A stretch of 64,000 nucleotides of DNA from an uncultured Candidatus Saccharibacteria bacterium (GTDB lineage: Bacteria; Patescibacteriota; Doudnabacteria; UBA920), in assembly GCA_964453405.1 (NCBI GenBank), contig CAYVOF010000003.1, positions 4,286 through 68,285 on the forward strand, read 5' to 3'. This document shows positions 58,185-64,000 of the stretch, one piece after another. Position numbers and translations under genes: made by a program. Every line of letters starts with the position of its first letter. The stretch's first letter is position 1. Under the pieces are notes generated by a model. That model ran no database searches. It saw only the letters and a program-made list of their open reading frames with translations, and had not been told where the DNA came from.

Positions 58185-58901
58185 GTGAAAATCAGCAACC
58201 GAATAAAATCGTTTAGTTTAGTATTGATGTTTGGGCTTCTGTTAGTAAGCACAGCAACTTTTGTTATTCCTAATCATCATGCACAAGCTGCTACTAAAAC
58301 AACAGCAAAACCTATTACAGAAGCTCCGGCAACGGCTACAGAACCAGCCGTCACCTCAGAAACAGAGCACACCACCGAAGCAGAAGAAAAAGATGCTGGA
58401 GTGATTGGCCTATTCGGGTTAAACTGGAAGTTATTTTTAGCGCAGTTAGTAAACTTTGCTATTGTGTTATTTGTATTATGGAAATGGGTATTTAAACCAG
58501 TTGTCGCTGGAATGGATGCTCGCACTAAAAAGATTGAAGATTCACTTAACACTGCAGACAAGGTTAATAAAGAACGTGAAGAATTTGATCAATGGAAGGC
58601 AAAGGAAATGGTTAGTGCTCGCCATGAAGCCACCGCAATTATTGCTGCTGCAAAAACTACTGCTACTCAAACCAAAGATCAAATCTTAGAACAAGCTAAA
58701 CTAGAACAGCAACAAATCTTAGATCAATCCAAGGCTGAGTTAGAATTACAAAAGCAAAAAACTTTAGAAGAAGCTAAGGCTAGTATTGCTGACTTAGTTG
58801 TTCAATCTACAGAAAAACTTTTGCGGGCAAAATTGGACGGCAAAACAGATGCCAAATTAATTAAAACAGTTCTTGGAGAAACTGATCAAGAACTCTCTTA
58901 A
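58185..58901 (+). CDS. atpF: F-type ATP synthase subunit b with ~80-aa N-terminal extension
   Basis: Extra N-terminal TM and an Ala/Thr/Glu-rich linker, then the canonical b TM (LAQLVNFAIVLFVLWKWVFKPV) and a long helix. Confidence 0.8.
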   Translation: MKISNRIKSFSLVLMFGLLLVSTATFVIPNHHAQAATKTTAKPITEAPATATEPAVTSETEHTTEAEEKDAGVIGLFGLNWKLFLAQLVNFAIVLFVLWKWVFKPVVAGMDARTKKIEDSLNTADKVNKEREEFDQWKAKEMVSARHEATAIIAAAKTTATQTKDQILEQAKLEQQQILDQSKAELELQKQKTLEEAKASIADLVVQSTEKLLRAKLDGKTDAKLIKTVLGETDQELS

Positions 58902-58905
58902 CTAT

Positions 58906-59322
58906 ATGGCCGATAAAACTACAACGAAAATTACCATCCAACAATACGCGCAAAGTTTGCACGCAGCGATATCCGATAGCAATCCTAAGGATCACGACAA
59001 AGTTATTGATAATCTGATCAAGATTCTCAAAACTAACGGCGACCTAGGTCATTACGAAAAAATTGTCGACGCTTACGAAAAACTCCTCGAGCAAGAAGGC
59101 AATACCACCAAGATAGAAGTTACTACTACCTCACAGACCGAAGTTAGTCCTTCACTCCTTAAAGAGTTAAATAACTTTGCCCACCAAAGCAAAAAGACGG
59201 AAGTGACAACTAAAAAAGACGATTCTATCATAGGAGGTGTACTCATAAAAGTCGACGACACCCTCATAGACGCAAGTCTAAAAAACCAACTCGATAACTT
59301 ACATTCACATTTACAGAAATAA
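58906..59322 (+). CDS. atpH: F-type ATP synthase subunit delta
   Basis: OSCP-like, sitting between atpF and atpA. Start at MADKTTTK (the track's 58873 start overlaps atpF). Confidence 0.75.
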   Translation: MADKTTTKITIQQYAQSLHAAISDSNPKDHDKVIDNLIKILKTNGDLGHYEKIVDAYEKLLEQEGNTTKIEVTTTSQTEVSPSLLKELNNFAHQSKKTEVTTKKDDSIIGGVLIKVDDTLIDASLKNQLDNLHSHLQK

Positions 59323-59327
59323 TATAT

Positions 59328-60833
59328 ATGAAGACAGACGCAATAATTCAAAAACTTAAAGAACAGATTCAAGGCTTTGACCCAAAGTCTGATGTTAGTC
59401 ATGTGGGTACAGTTATCGAAGTAGGGGATGGTATTGCCAAGATCTCTGGTTTGTCAGAAGTTAAAGCTATGGAAATGCTTGATTTTGGTAACGAAACTTT
59501 TGGTGTAGCTCTAAACTTAGAAACTCGTAGTGTTGGTGCAATCATTTTAGGAAACTACGAAAGCATTAAGCAAGGAGATACTGTTAAATCTACTGGTAAA
59601 ATTTTGTCTGTACCAGTTGGCGACGCGCTTATCGGCCGCGTAGTTGGTGCGCTAGGTAACCCAAAAGATGGAAAAGGTGAAATTGCTCAAAGCGATTTTT
59701 ATCCAGTAGAAAAGTTGGCTCCGGGTGTAATCACTCGTCAATCAGTTTTCCAACCAGTACAAACAGGTATTAAAGCTATTGATGCCTTGATCCCGATTGG
59801 TCGTGGTCAGCGAGAACTTATTATTGGTGACCGTCAAACTGGTAAAACTGCAGTAGCTATCGACACGATTATCAATCAAAAAGGTCAGAACATGATTTGT
59901 GTTTACGTAGCCGTTGGCCAAAAAGAAAGTAAGATTGCCAAGATCGTTGCTGAATTAGAAGCTCGCGGGGCTATGGAATATAGTATTGTAGTTTCTGCGG
60001 GTGCATCTGAGTCCGCATCACTATCATATATTGCCCCTTACGCCGGTTGCGCAATGGCAGAATACTTCTTAGACCAAGGCCGAGACGTATTAATCGTATT
60101 TGACGATCTATCTAAACAAGCTGTGGCGTATCGCGAAATTTCTTTGTTGCTCCGCCGTCCACCAGGACGTGAAGCATATCCTGGAGATGTATTCTATCTT
60201 CACTCCCGTTTGTTGGAACGAGCTTGTAAGTTGAATGAAGAAAACGGTGGCGGATCTATAACCGCTTTGCCAATTATTGAAACTCAAGCAGGCGATATTT
60301 CTGCTTACATTCCTACAAACGTTATCTCTATTACTGACGGACAGATTTTCTTGGAAGGCGACTTGTTCTACAAAGGTGTTCGTCCAGCTGTAAACGTAGG
60401 TACCTCTGTATCACGTGTAGGTAGCTCAGCTCAAACTAAGGCTATGAAGAAAGTGGCTGGAAAGTTAAAACTTTCGCTAGCTCAGTTCCGTGAATTAGAA
60501 GCATTCGCCCAGTTCGGTTCTGATTTAGATGAAGCAACCGCCACTCAACTCGAACTTGGTCGCCGGTTAACCGAATTAATGAAGCAACCACAGTACTCGC
60601 CAATATCGATGGAAAAACAAGTTGTCGCGCTGTACGCAGTAAACAATGGTTATATGGATGATGTGGAAGTAGAGCAAATCGGAGCCTTTGAAAAAGACTT
60701 ATACGAATTTATGGAAACTCAAGGCAAGGATGTATTGACCGGAATCGCTGATAAAAAAGAATTAACCGAAGAGATCGAAGGCAAATTAAAAACCTCGCTC
60801 GAACAATTCAAGCAAGGTTGGGGAATAAAATAG
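59328..60833 (+). CDS. atpA: F-type ATP synthase subunit alpha
   Basis: [10 protein letters not shown]-loop. Confidence 0.95.
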   Translation: MKTDAIIQKLKEQIQGFDPKSDVSHVGTVIEVGDGIAKISGLSEVKAMEMLDFGNETFGVALNLETRSVGAIILGNYESIKQGDTVKSTGKILSVPVGDALIGRVVGALGNPKDGKGEIAQSDFYPVEKLAPGVITRQSVFQPVQTGIKAIDALIPIGRGQRELIIGDRQTGKTAVAIDTIINQKGQNMICVYVAVGQKESKIAKIVAELEARGAMEYSIVVSAGASESASLSYIAPYAGCAMAEYFLDQGRDVLIVFDDLSKQAVAYREISLLLRRPPGREAYPGDVFYLHSRLLERACKLNEENGGGSITALPIIETQAGDISAYIPTNVISITDGQIFLEGDLFYKGVRPAVNVGTSVSRVGSSAQTKAMKKVAGKLKLSLAQFRELEAFAQFGSDLDEATATQLELGRRLTELMKQPQYSPISMEKQVVALYAVNNGYMDDVEVEQIGAFEKDLYEFMETQGKDVLTGIADKKELTEEIEGKLKTSLEQFKQGWGIK

Positions 60834-60840
60834 ATACGTG

Positions 60841-60930
60841 TTATTGCCAATAGTAGTGATTGATGCAACCACCGATTGTACAAATAGCAATTATCAACAA
60901 TACGAAACCAATTTTTCTAAGCTTTTCCAT
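60841..60930 (-). CDS. 29-aa lipoprotein-like/TM peptide
   Basis: GAGGAG RBS, then MEKLRKIGFVLLIIAICTIGGCINHYYWQ. Confidence 0.3.
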   Translation of the reverse strand: MEKLRKIGFVLLIIAICTIGGCINHYYWQ

Positions 60931-60944
60931 AGATATTTCTCCTC

Positions 60945-61172
60945 TTAGATTTTCTTCTGAACAAATCGTTTTACTGGTATAGGCTTGATCTTTACTGCCA
61001 AAAACATCAGCACGCAGGTGATAAAACCAGAACCAACAATGATAAGCGCATCAAGGGGTGTAGGGTCGATTCGCTTTTCTGCGACAAGCCTTAGACCGTT
61101 AAAAAAGAATCCAGCGAAAGGGTAAATTATCGAAGCTAACAGAAACGCGTTCATAAATTTCCTCCAAAACAA
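60945..61172 (-). CDS. small 2-TM membrane protein inside the atp operon (opposite strand)
   Basis: GGAGG RBS. 75 aa. Confidence 0.4.
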   Translation of the reverse strand: MFWRKFMNAFLLASIIYPFAGFFFNGLRLVAEKRIDPTPLDALIIVGSGFITCVLMFLAVKIKPIPVKRFVQKKI

Positions 61173-61241
61173 TTATTTAAAACATATATACTATAGCATA
61201 ATTCACATACTTTGTCAAATAACCTCGTATAACTACAAAAT

Positions 61242-62111
61242 ATGCCCTCAACTCAAGAATTAACCAGACGAATAAAGTCCATTAAAAGCACGCGAAAGAT
61301 TACCAAAGCGATGCAGTTGGTTAGTAGTGCCAAAATGCGTAAAAGCCAAGCTGTGGCTTTGTCGAGCCGCACTTACGCTCACTTGGCATGGGAATTAATT
61401 AATAATATTCGGCAATCTGCTCGTGGGCACGCATTAACTGCCAGCTATCCAAAAGCAAAAAAAGTTGGGGTGATATTGATAACAACCAATAAAGGTTTGG
61501 TCGGAGGCTTCAATAGCAATTTGTTCAAAAAATTATTTCTTCAAGAAGAACAAGACAAAGACCTTCAACCCGAGTTAATTACCGAATTAGTAATCATTGG
61601 TCGCAAAGGGCGAGATAGTATGAACAGACTTGGTAAAAAAATTGTGGCAGACTTTCCTAAACTCGACACAACCATTCCAGTCAAAGATGTTTACCCAGTA
61701 GTAAAATTTATCACAGACGCTTACAAAGCAGGGGAGTACAAAAAAGTTTACATAGTCTACAACCACTTTGTATCGATGCTGGTACAGGATCCAAAAGTTA
61801 AACAGTTACTACCGATCGTTCCAAAGTCCGAAAGTAGTACTCACACAATTGCTCGAGGAACACAGTTCGAACCAAATCCAGCTAAAGTGTTAAATCATTT
61901 ACTGCCTCGTATTCTGGAGTCGCAAATCTATCAGGCAATATTAGAAAGTGATGCTTCCGAACATTCTGCTCGCATGATGATGATGAAGAACGCCACGGAC
62001 GCGGCAGGCGACCTAATCGATGACTTAACCTTAACCTTTAACCAACTTCGCCAAAGCAAGATTACTACCGAACTTTCGGAAATCACTGCTGGTCGAATTG
62101 CACTGGAGTAA
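61242..62111 (+). CDS. atpG: F-type ATP synthase subunit gamma
   Basis: Conserved C-terminal helix (ITTELSEITAG). Confidence 0.9.
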   Translation: MPSTQELTRRIKSIKSTRKITKAMQLVSSAKMRKSQAVALSSRTYAHLAWELINNIRQSARGHALTASYPKAKKVGVILITTNKGLVGGFNSNLFKKLFLQEEQDKDLQPELITELVIIGRKGRDSMNRLGKKIVADFPKLDTTIPVKDVYPVVKFITDAYKAGEYKKVYIVYNHFVSMLVQDPKVKQLLPIVPKSESSTHTIARGTQFEPNPAKVLNHLLPRILESQIYQAILESDASEHSARMMMMKNATDAAGDLIDDLTLTFNQLRQSKITTELSEITAGRIALE

Positions 62112-63530
<1,419 letters not shown>

Positions 63531-63553
63531 TTTTAAGGCCCAAAAAAATATTC

Positions 63554-64000
63554 ATGACTAAACTCCACTTAAAATTAATTACCCCTGAGCGCACAGTTCT
63601 TGATGAAGAAGTGGCCAGTTTAACTTGCCCGACGGAATCTGGTGAGATTACCATTTTACCAAACCACACCCCTCTGGTGGCGACATTAACATCAGGCGAA
63701 TTAATAGCTAAATCGAGTTCTGATAAAAATGCTGAACCACATTTTGTTCACGTCGCTGGAGGCTTTATAGAAATTCGTCCCAATAACGAAATCGTCATCT
63801 TAGCAGATGGTGCTGAGCATCACTTTGAAATTGACATTGCTCGCGCTGAGGAAGCCAAAAAAGAAGCAGAAGCAATCATGAAAAATCAATCAATGGCAAA
63901 CGAAGAGTATGCATTGGCCGCTTGGAACTTGCGAAAAAACTTATCGCGTTTACATATTGCACGTAAACATTCTCACCGACGCAAAGCAGGTATCACTAGC
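63554..64000 (+). CDS. atpC: F-type ATP synthase subunit epsilon (3' end runs off the window)
   Basis: MTKLHLKLITPERTVLDEEVASLTCPTESGEITILPNH; no stop before the window end. Confidence 0.75.
   Translation, partial: MTKLHLKLITPERTVLDEEVASLTCPTESGEITILPNHTPLVATLTSGELIAKSSSDKNAEPHFVHVAGGFIEIRPNNEIVILADGAEHHFEIDIARAEEAKKEAEAIMKNQSMANEEYALAAWNLRKNLSRLHIARKHSHRRKAGITS

Overview
This is a 64-kb window of a low-GC bacterial chromosome that uses the standard genetic code. TGA is a genuine stop in this genome (it ends the 2685..3854 ORF and uppS). The gene content hints at a small-genome Patescibacteria/CPR-like lineage: a short 194-aa Tsf, a DUF4012-like protein, a cytoplasmic VirD4/TraD-like ATPase, and many tightly packed small genes. 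This lineage call is inference only.

Core content, in order along the window:
- rpsB and tsf.
- A tRNA cluster: Thr(GGU), Tyr(GUA, minus strand), Thr(UGU), then rpmG (52 aa, missed by the ORF track) and tRNA-Trp(CCA).
- uppS.
- An unannotated RNase P RNA on the minus strand.
- Three GT4 glycosyltransferases, a MurG-like GT28 and a patatin, placed in front of murC and murB.
- hpf, secA, a family-4 UDG, pepN and secDF.
- A sigma-region-4/HARE-HTH protein.
- A membrane protein paired with a type-IV-coupling-protein-like ATPase.
- trxA.
- A dcw-like cluster: a dacA-like carboxypeptidase, mraY, an amidohydrolase, murD, ftsW, a DUF4012-like protein and murJ.
- lepA, an ftsB-like gene and a parvulin.
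- tRNA-Gly(CCC) and tRNA-Thr(CGU), then a NUDIX hydrolase.
- A complete F1Fo operon, atpI-like/B/E/F/H/A/G/D/C, with atpC running off the window end.

The standout is the region directly downstream of tRNA-Trp (7063-14711). Nine single-gene or two-gene cassettes are each bounded by a conserved 60-90-bp imperfect palindromic repeat. Each repeat has three parts:
- A left arm, TAGTTCTAACATCCTCCACCACGCCCTGCCA, that mimics the tRNA-Trp 3' end.
- A rho-independent terminator hairpin, CACCGCAtatttGTGCGGTG followed by TTTTTGT.
- An inverted right arm, GGGGCAAGTGGAGGTTAGAACT.

The termini read ...TCTAAC...GTTAGA..., like the inverse-core and core boxes of integron attC sites. The cassettes carry a GNAT acetyltransferase, a lipoprotein, Cys-rich small proteins, an SDR, a RelE/ParE toxin-antitoxin pair and unknowns, in mixed orientation. 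No integrase is visible in the window. I interpret this as an integron-like, tRNA-anchored cassette array that appears to be undescribed.

Other notable items are an in-frame TGA in a 108-codon minus-strand ORF, and small minus-strand membrane peptides embedded inside the atp operon.
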